From the IMG/VR virus record IMGVR_UViG_3300044695_008744: a DNA stretch of 64,000 nucleotides; one strand, written 5' to 3'. Within the stretch, counting starts at the first letter, position 1. Each line of letters starts with the position of its first letter. Source of the stretch: an uncultured virus (IMG/VR IMGVR_UViG_3300044695_008744). Taxonomy: Duplodnaviria > Heunggongvirae > Uroviricota > Caudoviricetes. Both the position numbers and the translations under genes were made by a program. The notes under the pieces are model-generated. The model had not been told where the DNA came from. It was given only the letters and a program-made list of their open reading frames with translations, and did no database searches. Below, piece by piece: positions 44,961 to 57,800 of the stretch.

Positions 44961-47900
44961 TTTTCAAGCAAACAAAAATGATGTCAATCTTCTGATTAAT
45001 GATCAGATTGTGTGTTCGTTTGTTAATTCAAAAATTTTATCAGAAAATACCATTCAATCTGGTGAAATATCAATCACTTTTGATGTGTCTCAAAATATTA
45101 TTAATTTCAATTTAGAAAGCAAAAATTTTGAAATTTTATCAATGAAATTTGATTCAATTAAACTTTTAAAATCAAACAGATACTATTGTGATTTTGGAAA
45201 TTCTTTAATAGAAATAGATTGTGAAAAAGCTACTTTAATAGCCAATACAAATCTTGTGATAGGTTTTTCTGGATTTCATAAATTTTCTTACGAAGTAAAA
45301 GAGTCATTTTATACATCTAGCTACAGACAACTTTCAGCATCAAGCGATTTAGTTTACAGTAAAGAAGCCCCTAGTTTTTCAATTACATTTTATAGAGATT
45401 TTCAAAACAACAACTTTAGCACTTTGTTTGACTCTTATAAAGACATTCAAATATTGTCGCTTGCTAATGCAAACTCCACAGAACAACCAAATAGCGCAGT
45501 AATTTATGTCAAAATTATATCTTCGAAAATAGATACTTATCCTGCAGTTTCTTTTCCTTTAACACCTCAACAGGCAAGCCCAGTTTACACTCTTGCTGTA
45601 TATTCTGAATATTACACTAATAAAAATAATAAACGTGTTGTACCTATCTATAAACTTTATAACACAAACGAAGGAAGTGTATATTTAGCTGAATTTACAT
45701 TAGAAAATTCTAATTACATTAATTTATTTGATGGAACCAGGCAATTTTTTGTTGAAGTTACAAAGTTCATTTACAATGGTTATTTGAATGTGAAAACAGA
45801 AATTAACGGAGGAACTCAAACAACTTCACCACAATCTAGCATCACTTCTAGTTCATCTACATTATCTAGTATTCCATCTCAAAATTGTTGTTTTCAGTTT
45901 TACACTGGCTCATTGCCATACTATACCGCAAACTGGAGCAATACAACCTACACTTATGATATAGGTCGTTTATTGTGTGATTTTTCAATTCCAGAAACAA
46001 CCACTTATCAAAGCACAAGTTTTGCCACGTCTTCAAACACACTTTTCTATAATGGATCTAATTTTATAGGCATCAATGCTAAATATGATTTTTCCAATTT
46101 TTCATATAAAAATTATGAATGGATTTCATTATTTTTTGTCTCTTTAGATGATTTAACTAACGCCACTATTAATAAAAATCTTTACTATTTAGAGGTACTA
46201 TATTATTATGTGGAAATAAATCAACCAGATAAATTTGTTTTTTGTATGGACGACGCAAATATAATCAATTTTGGGTCAAACTATGGATTACAAGCTTTCT
46301 TTGATTTCAATAAATATCTCAGAAAAAATGCAGCTAGTCCAGTTACTTTAAAAACAATTGAAATACAATTGCAAAAATCAACTAATGTATTTCCGAATGA
46401 GTTTAGGTTATATGATTTTAAGCTATTTACAATTTATTGTGGTGGTCTGCCTAAAAAATATGATATTGCTGTTAATGCGTTTGATAAAAATAGCTTAGAT
46501 GAATTAGAAGCTTTAATCACCAATAGTCCTGCAGATAACAATTTAAATTCTTCTGGGCTTACGCCTTTCACAAGAAATTTTAATAATGCAACTAATGCTT
46601 CATTTACGGCATCAAGCGGACTATGGAAAAACTTAACAGACGGAATTTCTAGAAATTACACATTTGAATATTGGGTACTCAACAATATTACAGATAACAA
46701 AATTTATCAAAACACTTACACAATTGGAGTAAATGCTGATTATATGCTAAGTGCATATTTTTCTTTGCAATCAGATTCTTCTAGTAGTTCATCTAGTAGC
46801 TCATGTGTAGTTTATGGAACAAAAATACACACATCAATAAATGAAACTATTAATGTTGAAAACTTGAAAGTTGGAGATTACGTATTAGGACTAAATGGTT
46901 CAAATAATTTTACAAAATATAAAATTACAAAAATTTCAGAATCTCACTCTGAGCAAATTTATAAATTATCTTTTTCTAATAATACATTAGAGTGTTCTGA
47001 ATCACATTGCGTATTTAGCCCATTAGATTCTGGTTTTAAACAATCGCTTGAACTTAACACAAACAAAATTTTAAAATGCATTGATAAAAATCATAAAATT
47101 GATACAATTGAAATTTTGCCACCTAAAAAAGTAGTGAAACTAGAATTACAAAACAATGGTTGTTATTTTGCAAATGGTGTGTTATCTCATTCACAAGATA
47201 AACATCCAGATTTTGTTGCTTTTGCTAAAAATCAATATAGAGCGATGAGCAATACTTATGTTGAATTTTTGAAATATGGAGATACAACCTGGATCCCACC
47301 AAGTGGAATTAATTATTTGAAAATTGAATGTATAGGTGCAGGAGGCTTTTCAAGTTCTACAGCTGGAGGCGATGGTGGAGACTACTCCATGATTGAGTTT
47401 AATAATATATTCCCTGAATTTCCTACATTTGCATCAATTACATTTACAATAGGAGAAAATCCTTATGCAATTCCAACATCCTTTATAGCTACATGGGACA
47501 TAGGTTCTGGTCTTAATCAGTTTTGGGTAGCAGCAAGTTCAGGAGGTGGTATTGGAGGAGATACTGGCTACTATGGAAGTCCGCCCAATTTAATGTCTTT
47601 AGCAAATGGCAAAAGACATTTTGGAGGAAAAGGGGCAACTTTAGATTCTGGCACAGGCTTAGGTGGGGGTGGCGCAGCTGGCAAAAATGGAAATGGTGAA
47701 AGCGGGGGAGATTCTGTTAACTTTAATACTTGGTGGGGTGGTGCTTCAGGGGGAGGAGCATCAACTCAAACACAAAGACTTCCTGGAAATCCAGGTGTGG
47801 AATACACCGCAAATGCTGGAAAATATGCTGGAGAACAAGCAGGATCTGGTGGAGGCGGAGCAGGTCTAATTCAAGGATTATCTTATGGAGGACTTTATGG

Positions 47901-48795
47901 AGGGGGGCAAGGTAGTTATCCACCATCTGGAATTCCAACGCTAAGCTCATACGGGATCATAATCATTACATATAGAATTGGAAGTGAATCTAGTAGCTCT
48001 TCATCAACTAAGTCTTCAACTAGCAGTTCAAGCACGTCTGGCTCTACAGGGTCTTCAACTTTTTCTACACCAAGTAGCTCATCTACAAGTGGCTCATCTA
48101 CAAGTGGATCATCTACAAGCGGTTCATCTACAAGCGGTTCATCTACAAGCGGTTCATCCACAAGTAGTTCGCCTCCAAGTAGTTCTTCCAGCTCAAGCTC
48201 CGCAACCACGTCTAGTTCTAGTTCAAGTGAGACATCGGTTACATCCCCTAGCACACCTCCAAGCTCAACCACTAGTTCAGATACTGGATCTTCCACTACT
48301 TCAAGTGCAACCAGTAGCATAACAGATTCTGGTTCTGGTTCAATGCCGCCTCCATCTATTCTTGCATTAAAATCTGAAAATCAAGTAATGTTTAGTGCTT
48401 CAAATAATTATCAAACGCTTTGGAAATATTTAATTTCAAGTGTTTGGAAAAAACCTTTACTTTTTTCAACCGCAAGCCTTGATTCATTTAATGGCTATGT
48501 GTTTGATAATGAATCAAAAATAATGTTCAAATTTATAATTGATATTGAAAGTTATACTGACATTATAAACTTTGTTATTATATCTGAAAAAGACAACTTT
48601 AATATTGAAAATCAAAATTTCACAACAAAAGATACAATCTCAACAAACAACAAAAATGTAAAAATTATATGTTGCCCAAAAAATCCAGAAATTATATTTA
48701 CACTTCACTCAGAAGAGCCAAACACAATCTATGGTTTTTTTGCCTTGGATGATTCAGAATTAGATTCATTCATACTAAATCTTCAAGGTAATTGA
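44950..48795 (+). CDS. virion protein with internal Hint (intein-like) domain, Gly-rich domain and Ser/Thr-rich linker
   Basis: CVVYGTKI...VENLKVGDYVL...LECSESH...YFANGVLSHS; IECIGAGG Gly-rich domain; poly-Ser tracts. Confidence 0.7.
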   Translation: MRVNFQANKNDVNLLINDQIVCSFVNSKILSENTIQSGEISITFDVSQNIINFNLESKNFEILSMKFDSIKLLKSNRYYCDFGNSLIEIDCEKATLIANTNLVIGFSGFHKFSYEVKESFYTSSYRQLSASSDLVYSKEAPSFSITFYRDFQNNNFSTLFDSYKDIQILSLANANSTEQPNSAVIYVKIISSKIDTYPAVSFPLTPQQASPVYTLAVYSEYYTNKNNKRVVPIYKLYNTNEGSVYLAEFTLENSNYINLFDGTRQFFVEVTKFIYNGYLNVKTEINGGTQTTSPQSSITSSSSTLSSIPSQNCCFQFYTGSLPYYTANWSNTTYTYDIGRLLCDFSIPETTTYQSTSFATSSNTLFYNGSNFIGINAKYDFSNFSYKNYEWISLFFVSLDDLTNATINKNLYYLEVLYYYVEINQPDKFVFCMDDANIINFGSNYGLQAFFDFNKYLRKNAASPVTLKTIEIQLQKSTNVFPNEFRLYDFKLFTIYCGGLPKKYDIAVNAFDKNSLDELEALITNSPADNNLNSSGLTPFTRNFNNATNASFTASSGLWKNLTDGISRNYTFEYWVLNNITDNKIYQNTYTIGVNADYMLSAYFSLQSDSSSSSSSSSCVVYGTKIHTSINETINVENLKVGDYVLGLNGSNNFTKYKITKISESHSEQIYKLSFSNNTLECSESHCVFSPLDSGFKQSLELNTNKILKCIDKNHKIDTIEILPPKKVVKLELQNNGCYFANGVLSHSQDKHPDFVAFAKNQYRAMSNTYVEFLKYGDTTWIPPSGINYLKIECIGAGGFSSSTAGGDGGDYSMIEFNNIFPEFPTFASITFTIGENPYAIPTSFIATWDIGSGLNQFWVAASSGGGIGGDTGYYGSPPNLMSLANGKRHFGGKGATLDSGTGLGGGGAAGKNGNGESGGDSVNFNTWWGGASGGGASTQTQRLPGNPGVEYTANAGKYAGEQAGSGGGGAGLIQGLSYGGLYGGGQGSYPPSGIPTLSSYGIIIITYRIGSESSSSSSTKSSTSSSSTSGSTGSSTFSTPSSSSTSGSSTSGSSTSGSSTSGSSTSGSSTSSSPPSSSSSSSSATTSSSSSSETSVTSPSTPPSSTTSSDTGSSTTSSATSSITDSGSGSMPPPSILALKSENQVMFSASNNYQTLWKYLISSVWKKPLLFSTASLDSFNGYVFDNESKIMFKFIIDIESYTDIINFVIISEKDNFNIENQNFTTKDTISTNNKNVKIICCPKNPEIIFTLHSEEPNTIYGFFALDDSELDSFILNLQGN
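46804..47193 (+). other. Hint/BIL-like autoprocessing domain, no endonuclease
   Basis: Cys1, block B-like SxxH, block F/G ending His-Ser instead of His-Asn; about 130 aa. Confidence 0.75.
48076..48165 (+). repeat. six tandem 15-bp repeats encoding (G/S)SSTS
   Basis: AGCTCATCTACAAGT, GGCTCATCTACAAGT, GGATCATCTACAAGC, GGTTCATCTACAAGC x2, GGTTCATCCACAAGT. Confidence 0.9.
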
Positions 48796-48823
48796 TTGAG
48801 CAACTAGGAATATTTTTATATCA

Positions 48824-51800
48824 ATGTCGTGGAATTTGCAAATTGTCCCAAAAGGACTCCTATTAAGTAGATATATTAAAAACGTTATTTTGTTAAATCC
48901 AAATAATGTTAAAAATGTCGAGAACAATCCATTGATTCTTGATCAATATCAAACTTATAATGCGGCAAATAACACAGCAAATATTGTTTTTCAGCTCGCA
49001 GTTTATAACACAAATCCACAAAATCAAGCTAGTGAGCCGACAATCACTTCTATAAATTTCATTCAAATCTCTAACGATCCTTTGTTTAATGAAGTTTATT
49101 ACTTAATTCCAGCTAAGTTTTCACAAGCCTATAATCTGCAAACTGATTATGAAGTAGACTTAAGCGCTTACTCATTTACACAAACTGCGTTGCCTGCTTC
49201 CCAATCAGTAACTTTCACTGAAAGCAGTGGCACAGGAAATATTTCGATTAAAAACTGGGCTCTTTCAGGCTCTTCTGGCGCTAAAAAAGTATACTTCAGC
49301 ATAAATGCCAATTTAAGTGATGGCACAAATGCCACATATCCAGAGGGGCTTGATGTGTATGATGAAATCATTGTATGTTCAAGTTTTATTTCGTCCCCTG
49401 GAGTTCCACAAACTTTAGCTAAATCTAAACAAAATTATTCATCTTCTCCATTATATTTTGAAGCAGACGTGGCAAGCAATTCTGGAATTAATCAAATTGA
49501 TGATTATGGAGTTGCATCTTATTTTTGGGATGGATTAATTCTCAAAACCACTGATAATGTTTATAGAAATAATTATTCACAAGAAAATATTCAATTGTTT
49601 AATTCTATTTCGCCAAAAGCATCAAATTTAAATCAAGAAAAACTTCCAGTGGTTTTTTCTACTACTTTAACAACAACTAATTGGTCATCTTCTGCATATA
49701 AAAAATATATAACAGCAAATGCTTTTACTTTGACAGCTTCTGATAATGTTTATTTCTTTGAATGTTATGTTAACAATTACTCTAACACATTAAATTATGT
49801 TAGTGGGAAGAGTTTTTTTTATGAATTTAATGTTGTAAACAGCACAGGCTCCACTAAGTATTTGAGACAGCAATTGGTTTTTGATGAACAGTTTAACACA
49901 TTGGTGATCTATATTTCAATTGATGATACAACATGGTCTAGTGATTCAAGCTATGTCCCTTCTGCATTATATAAAACGATCACAATCACAAACCCAGATG
50001 TAATTGGTCAAATTACACAATCTGGAAGCTTCATTACATTTATTGAACTTTTAGATTCTGCAAATAAAATCTTACAATCTAAAATCATATTCAAGCCTCA
50101 AAATTCCACTGATAGTTTTGTGGTATCAGAAACACTTTTCACTTCTAATACTTTTAATTTAGCAAATGCCTACGGTGAATTCAGATTCTTTTTACAGAAC
50201 TCAACATACACTACCGTTCTTGAATCAGTGCAATATGGATTATGCCAGGGGGCAATTTCGGCTGCAGTAATGCCTAATGATAAAATCATTACAGATTATA
50301 GTAGTAAAGTAGAAAATTCGATTTACAATTTCAATGACTCTGCAAAACTTAATACTTGGTTTACAATTTCTAACTCTCCAGCCTCAGGTGTTGTTAATAC
50401 GACAACATCTACTGTGCAGCTTTTTAATAATCAAGAAAATGATGGAATAAATAATTTATCTGCTATTGAAATACAATCTTCAGTGCCAACTTTTTCAGTG
50501 GATTCCACGCTGATTTCTCGCTTTAGAGTTTCAAGTGCCAATTCTGCTGTATTAAAAACTGCTTATTCGTTTGATAGCAATTTAAATTATGAAAATTTTG
50601 TTTTTAATGATTTACTCCAAACCTCTAGTGGAGTATATTTACCGCAAAACAACGCATTATATGAATACACCACTTCTCTAAGCTGGACTGGATCAAGCAG
50701 ATTTGATTTAAATGTTTTTAATGTTGGTCTTGGGCAAACTTGTTCAATTACCACAACAAAAACTAACAACTTATTTTTCTATTCTCAATCAAACAATAGT
50801 GGAACATTAACACCACCAACAATCATTAAAACTGTATCAAATATTTCTAGTACAAATATTTTTAATGCTTGGATTAGTACAAATGGCATTTCCACAGCTT
50901 TCATTGTTCAAAGTTCTTTATCTGTCAAAAATAAAGGGTTAGTTCCTATTACAATCACTTCATCGGCAGGATTAAGTACAATTTTACCTGGTCAACCTTT
51001 TGTAAATTCAATTTCTACTAATTCTTTGCAACCAACACAAATTATTGTATCTGCTCCTTCAAGTTCTATATCTAATAGTCTAAATTTCTTATACGATTTT
51101 GGCAAGATTGGGACAATCACTGATTTAAGTTTAAAAATTCAGATTGCAACACCACCTGAGTGTCCATCTACTTTACCATCCTTCCAATACTCAGTGGAGG
51201 TTTCGGACGATTTTATCAATTGGACTTTTGTTTCATCACTCACTGCCACTGATACTTTTTATCCATCAACAGGCGATTTGCTGTTGAGTTTTAGTGATAT
51301 TGATCAAGAAAATGTTAGATATGCAAGAGTGAGATTGTATTATAATATTGCTGTAACTTTTGATCCAAGAACAATCTATAGATATTCAAGTTTGCAAGGG
51401 ACAATCTCTTCCTCTTCTTCAATTACAAATACTGGAAAACTCATCTTTGGATTTACTGATACTAGTGCTAAAAATTCATCTTTAAATCAACTTTACAATC
51501 AGCCAACATATTTGAGAAAATATGTGACAAATTCAAGTGTTGTAAATGGAATAATTTTTGATTTCTCAGAATATTCAACAACAATCGGTGGACCAGTTTA
51601 TTTAAGTTTACTCACTGAAACTGAAGAAAAAAGATTTTACACAATCGCTAACAATTTCTCATTAAGCACAGACTATACATTCTCATTTAGTGTGCAGAGG
51701 ACAAATTCTGATAATGCTTTTCATTTGAAACCATTTTTTACTCTAAGTGGGGGAAATCTAAATGAACTATCATTAAGTCTTGATGATATTCTCACAGAAC

Positions 51801-54800
51801 CTTTAGATACACAATCTCTTACTTTTGGATTTTATCCATTTATATCTTTGATTGGTAATGGCAACGCCACTGTATCTTACTCCGTGTTTAGAGGCACTTA
51901 TAATCATGGGCTAAGTTACCAAAAAGATAAAACATATTTTTCATTGTTATCAAGTGAAAACCCTGACTATACTTCTCAGTATGGAAAAAATGTTATTGCT
52001 CAAAATACATACGGAATTACCACTTCAGCATTTCCGCAGATAGACACATACTTTTCTAATAACTCTATAAAGCAATTTAAATACGAAAATGTTACTTTTA
52101 CAGTTAAAGCAGCATCAACTAGTCCAGTAGGTCTGTATGGACAAACTTATATAGACGGCATATATTTAGATTTTTGTGATTATGTTTTGGTTGCTGGTCA
52201 AGTTGATAAAACAACAAATGGTGTATATCAAGTTCAAAGCCAAAGATGGGTTAAACAATCTGCATTGCCTTCAGGTAGTAATTTATCTGAGCCTACAGTG
52301 TTAGTAAGCCAGGGAAATATTTTTGAAAATACACTTTGGATGCTAGATAAAACCTCATCTGAATGGATTAGCAATGTGATTAGTTGCCCAGTCGTAATTG
52401 AGGACAATAATCTTCTTTTCACAGGAGTATCATCTTCTTATAAATATCCACAATATATTAAACTTGCATGTTCAGTAAATGGAATTGCCAGCCAAAGCAC
52501 CAGCAACCAAGTACAGATAAAATTGGCGAATTCTCCCACAGAAATTATTCAGGAAACTGATCAGATTACACAATGGGTTGGATTATTGCAAAATGGACAA
52601 CTTTACAATATTCAAGAAAAAAGCAATTCTAATAACACTGTATTTATGAATTTTGGAATTTCAAGTTCTCAAATTTCAGGAATTACAACAAATAGTTTTC
52701 CAGCAGTTTACAATATTTTAACAAGTTATGCTGGTAATTTTGCACCAGCAATATCAAATAATTCAGATTTTGTTCTTCCAGCTTACGGTTCTGAATATAG
52801 AATTTTCAAAAATGCTAGTTTAATTTATCAGCTATTTTCAACCTATGATTCGGTGAGTTTGAGTTCTTTGTCCACTGCAGTTGTAAACTCTTCAGTGTAT
52901 GCACTTAATTTTGCAAATCTTAAATCACCACAATCTGGTTATAGTACAGATATATTCATTGATAATGTTGCACCAACTATAGGAATTGTTTCTGTTTTAA
53001 ATGATCAAACAAAATCTGTAACTCTTGGTGTATCCACTGCATTAGACGCTGGGTCTGGTTTATATATAGCAAGAATTGTTCAAAGAAATCCATCCAATGA
53101 ATTAATATATGGATCTTGGTTTGGTTTTAATACAAACAGTTTTTATGGCTTATCAACCTTTACTGCATATCCTTCATATGTATCGAATGTAAATGGAATT
53201 TCCACTGGAGAACCTCTTTCAGGTTATTATAGATATAGCTTGCAAGTGGCAGACTCTGTAGGAAATGTAGCACAAACAAATCAAGTAGAAAGTTTTTATT
53301 ATGAATCTGCTCTTGTTGACACACAAGGTCCAGGATGTTCTGTTCAGTTTGTCAACTCACAAACATTTGAACCGATTTCAATTTCTTCATCTACAATCTT
53401 AACTGCTCAGATGTTTGCAACAGACACATTATCTCAGGTCAAAGCTTTTAGATATAGAATTCTACCTGATGGAGAATTCGGCAATTGGATTGACTATAAT
53501 GAATATGCTAACATTTATCTTCCTGAAAATATTTTAGACGGCACACTATCTGTCCAATTTCAGTTTAAAGATTTTGGCAATAATGTGTTGTATTCAAATT
53601 CTACAATCATAAATGATCAAGTTTATGTTTATTCATGGAACATTGTATCAAAACTTATAAACAATACTCTTTTCACTGTCACTGAAGTTACGAAATACAA
53701 TAATAACTCAGTTCTTTTGATTGGTGCATCTAAGCAAAATGCTGCTACACTTTTTGTGTGGGACAACAACAAACTGATTGAATTACAATATTCTGGCTTT
53801 ACAGGATGTAAAGCTGTTACCGCATTGATAAAAGTGGGAACACAAGTTTTAATTGGAACTGACAATGGTTCTATATTCACATACAGAAATGGTGTGGTGG
53901 CAGGTCCATTCGCTACTTTGAGTTGGGGCGATACACCTTTGCCAATTTCTAAATTTGAAATTCACTCTTACCCAGAAGACAACACAAGTTTTGTTTACGC
54001 AACAACATTAAATATTCCAAGAATTTTTAGAACTCCAACTGATAGCTTGAGATCTACTTCTTGGGAAGTAATTCAACCACCATTTATTTCTCTGGAGAAA
54101 ATTAATGTATTGAATTCGGGGCTTTGGTCAGGTACACAAATTTCATACACAATCTCATCAAGTTATATACCAGCCACATTATCACCAAACTATAGTTATG
54201 GTATTTCAAGTGTTATTGTTGCCAGCTCTGGTTCTAATTTACCAAGTGCGCCTACAATTACTGTTGGTGGACCCATTACAAACCTTGGATTACAGCCAGT
54301 AATGCAAGGAAGTATTGGTCAAATTATTTTAATTGCAAGTGGTCAAGGGTATTCGTCTGGAGCCACAGTAACAATTGCATCACCAGCAACAGGAGGATCA
54401 TCAGTACAAGCCACTGGTGTTGCAGTAACAAATTCACTTGGTCAGATTGTGTCGATAGTTTTGACTGCTGCAGGCTATGGATATACTGCACAGTACCCAG
54501 CTGTAACAATCACAGGAAATTCTGGAAATGGAAGCCAAGCTACCGCTACAGCAATAACACAATTTGATTCGATTTATTCTGTTACTGTCACTTCAACAGG
54601 TATTGCTACAACATCTAACATTACACTGACTACATCAGGTGGCGCGGTTTTAATTCCTACATTCTTGTATAGAGTGCCATCTATTACATTGACAAGCCCA
54701 GGCTTTGGTTATACATCAAGCCCAATTGTTTCAATTAATGGTTTAACAACCTTAGCAAGTTCAGTGGCACAATATGGTTCAATACAATCTATCACAGTGA

Positions 54801-57800
54801 GTGAGCCAGATGTAGAATTTCCAATCACTCTTTCTCCTAGTATATCTTTTATTGGTGGAGCATCCACTTCGTTTACCGCTAGTTTATCAACCACATCAAT
54901 TTCTTTTTCTACAGGTTCGACCGATAGTTTCTTAGGATTTGTATTAAGCTCAGCAAGTATCACAACAAGTTCTGTTGGTTTTGGGACTATTCCTCAGATT
55001 GTGTTTACAGGAACTGGAACTACAAATATTTTCTTACCACAGCTAGAATATGTTTTATCTGATGACATTCTTTTATATACAAAATCTGGTTCAATTTATG
55101 ATATTAAATCTTTTGATAATAAACTTTTTGTTTCAAGTTCATCAGGCGATATTGTAGAAATTGGTTATTCAAGCGGAATATTCAGCGCAGAGAGACATAA
55201 ACTTAATGTCAATAGCAATACTTTTTCTAATATTATTCCTGTTAATTTGGCAAAATATAATGATGGTATAAGCACTAATCTTTATTTTAGCACAAAAGAA
55301 GAGCCTTATATTGGAAAGTTAACAAAAAATCTAAACAGTTTTATTTTTGATTCTTATCGTGATAACATTTTACTTTTCAAACCTTTTAATTTTGATATTC
55401 TTTCAAACTGGCAACTTAAGAAAATTATCAATGATAATGGTTTTGCAAACGTTTCTTATGGAGATTCAAACAATAGTTCTGTTGACATCACAACATTTAA
55501 TGCTCAAGCTTTTTATGAAACTACAAAAGAGAACACATGGTTCAACAGATGTATTACTAATAATGACTATTTAGTGTTGTTTGATTTCCAGGCAGTTATT
55601 GGAACACAATCTTTTGAAATTTCAACTTTTAATTCTACACTTAAAGTAGCATTTACAGTTTTAAATAACACTCTACAGATTGCTTTTGGAAACAATAACT
55701 ATTCTACTATTGAAATTGATCTTTCATCTAATTACAATATTTATTTTGCAAAGAGTTCACAAAATTTATACATTTACAATGATTCTAACTTAATTTACAG
55801 TGAAATAGGATTTTTTGTAACCGTGAGTGCACAACCAGTTATTAAGTTTGGTTACATATTCGAACCACAAACTGTTTCAGCCAATGGTGACACTCTGTAC
55901 ATATTTGGTTTACCTTCTAATGCTGAATCTTCACAATTTATTTGGAGACAAATTAAATTCTCATTTAATAGCAGCACTAATGTATTACCAACTGATTATT
56001 ATAGTTTAAGTTTACCTTATGTAATGGCTAATTCTAGCTCTGTAAGAGCACTTAGAAATATAAACAATAGTTTGTTTGCCGCAACAAAATCAATTTTAGA
56101 TAGAAGAAGTACAACAAATCTTCCAGATGTTGGCACTAAAGTTTTTAGATTAGATAATGATTACTGGAGTGATGTTACAGGTAACTTTGATACATATACA
56201 GCAAGTGTAAGCACCTCTTATGTAATAACTTCACCAAACGACATTAACGCTTTAGACAATTCGTATTTTGTTACAGGTTTGGTTAAATCAATTCCAACAA
56301 GACAAGCAGCAAACACAATTATTCTTGGTCTTACATCGAACACAATTTATGAAGAACAAAATGGTCTTATATTAACAATTATTTACCCATATAATATTGA
56401 ACCTTCAGGCAAATTCTTGTTTATTTCAAGCACAAATAGTAATGTAACAGTTCCTTCTTCTGTCTTCTTTAGTTCAAGCGATCAAGTTCAAACTGTTGCT
56501 GTGGGAATTGGATCTACATCAGTAAACTCAAATGTCACCTTAACTGTAACTGATGGTGATATTTCCCAATCTGTTACAGCTAATATTTTGCCAATTGGAA
56601 TTTCTACTCTTGGATTCAATACAAATCTTTTTGTTGGATATTCTCAAGATTCTGTAATTGCAAATATAAGATTGACATCAGTTCCTAAAACAAACAGAAC
56701 AATTTTATTATCTAGCAATAATAGTTCAGTGCTGGCAGCACCAACAAATGGAATTGCTACAATTACAGCGGGTAATATTGGAATCTTTACTTCATTCTCA
56801 GTTGGCACAGCTGTAGCATCTAACACTAGCGTGACTATTGCTGCGTCTTACAGATCAACATTTGGGATAGCTACAGTTGTTGCATCTCCATTTGTTTTGT
56901 CATTAGGCGTAAATACAAATACTTTTGTTGGCAATGAATCCACAAGAAAAGTATTTGTAACATCCAGCGTTCAAAAATCCCCAATTGGCGTATTAACAGT
57001 GAATTACACCTCAAGTAGTAGTGCTATATTAAGTATACAGCCATCCGCTGTAATATCTCCAGCTTCTTTCAGCACAACTACTCAATTAACAATTGGAAAT
57101 GCTGTCACTACCAACACTCAAGTCAATTTGACAGGAAGATTTACTGGATCAATTTCCACTGGAATTTCTACTGCCACTCCGTTTGTTGTGACTACAGCGA
57201 CCACTGACTTATCAAGTCCAGTTTTAGGTTTACAAACTTCTAACGTTACATTTACAATTAATACTACACCTCTTACTAATGTGTCGGTTAGAAACATTGT
57301 GAGTTCACCTTCTTTTGTTAATATGGTGTTCCCTACATTCTCAACAGTCCTTGCTGGTACTTTATCTACCACTTTTGCAATATCTACTACAATTCAAACA
57401 TCAGCAGGATTAGCTATTACAATCAAAGGTGCGCCATTTGGATTCAACACTTCTCCAACTCAAGGTTTAATACTTTCTTCTGACGTTTGGAAGATTACAG
57501 GGTTTTCTATTTCCCCAACTTCAATTGTTGGAAATGGGCTTTTCGCAAATGGCATAGGTCAATCATATATTCTAAATGTTTCACTTAATATTGGTTTGCA
57601 AACAACAATTCTTATTACATCAAGTACAGGCTTTGTTAGCACAAGAAACATTAATTTCTTGACCACAAGCACAGGCTCAGCATCATCTATTGGATATGCC
57701 ACTGGATTTTCTACTTCTGCAATAACAAACGTAACTATAACAGCCACTGGTCCTAATTCTATATCTAGTTCAGTAAGTGGCTTGTTCTTAAATCCACTGT

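Noticed and set aside
46804..47193. Canonical mobile intein
   Set aside because: No homing endonuclease, no terminal Asn/Gln followed by Cys/Ser/Thr, and the host protein is not a conserved enzyme
48076..48165. Tandem repeats as a CRISPR array
   Set aside because: 15-bp in-frame coding repeats with no spacers and no cas genes
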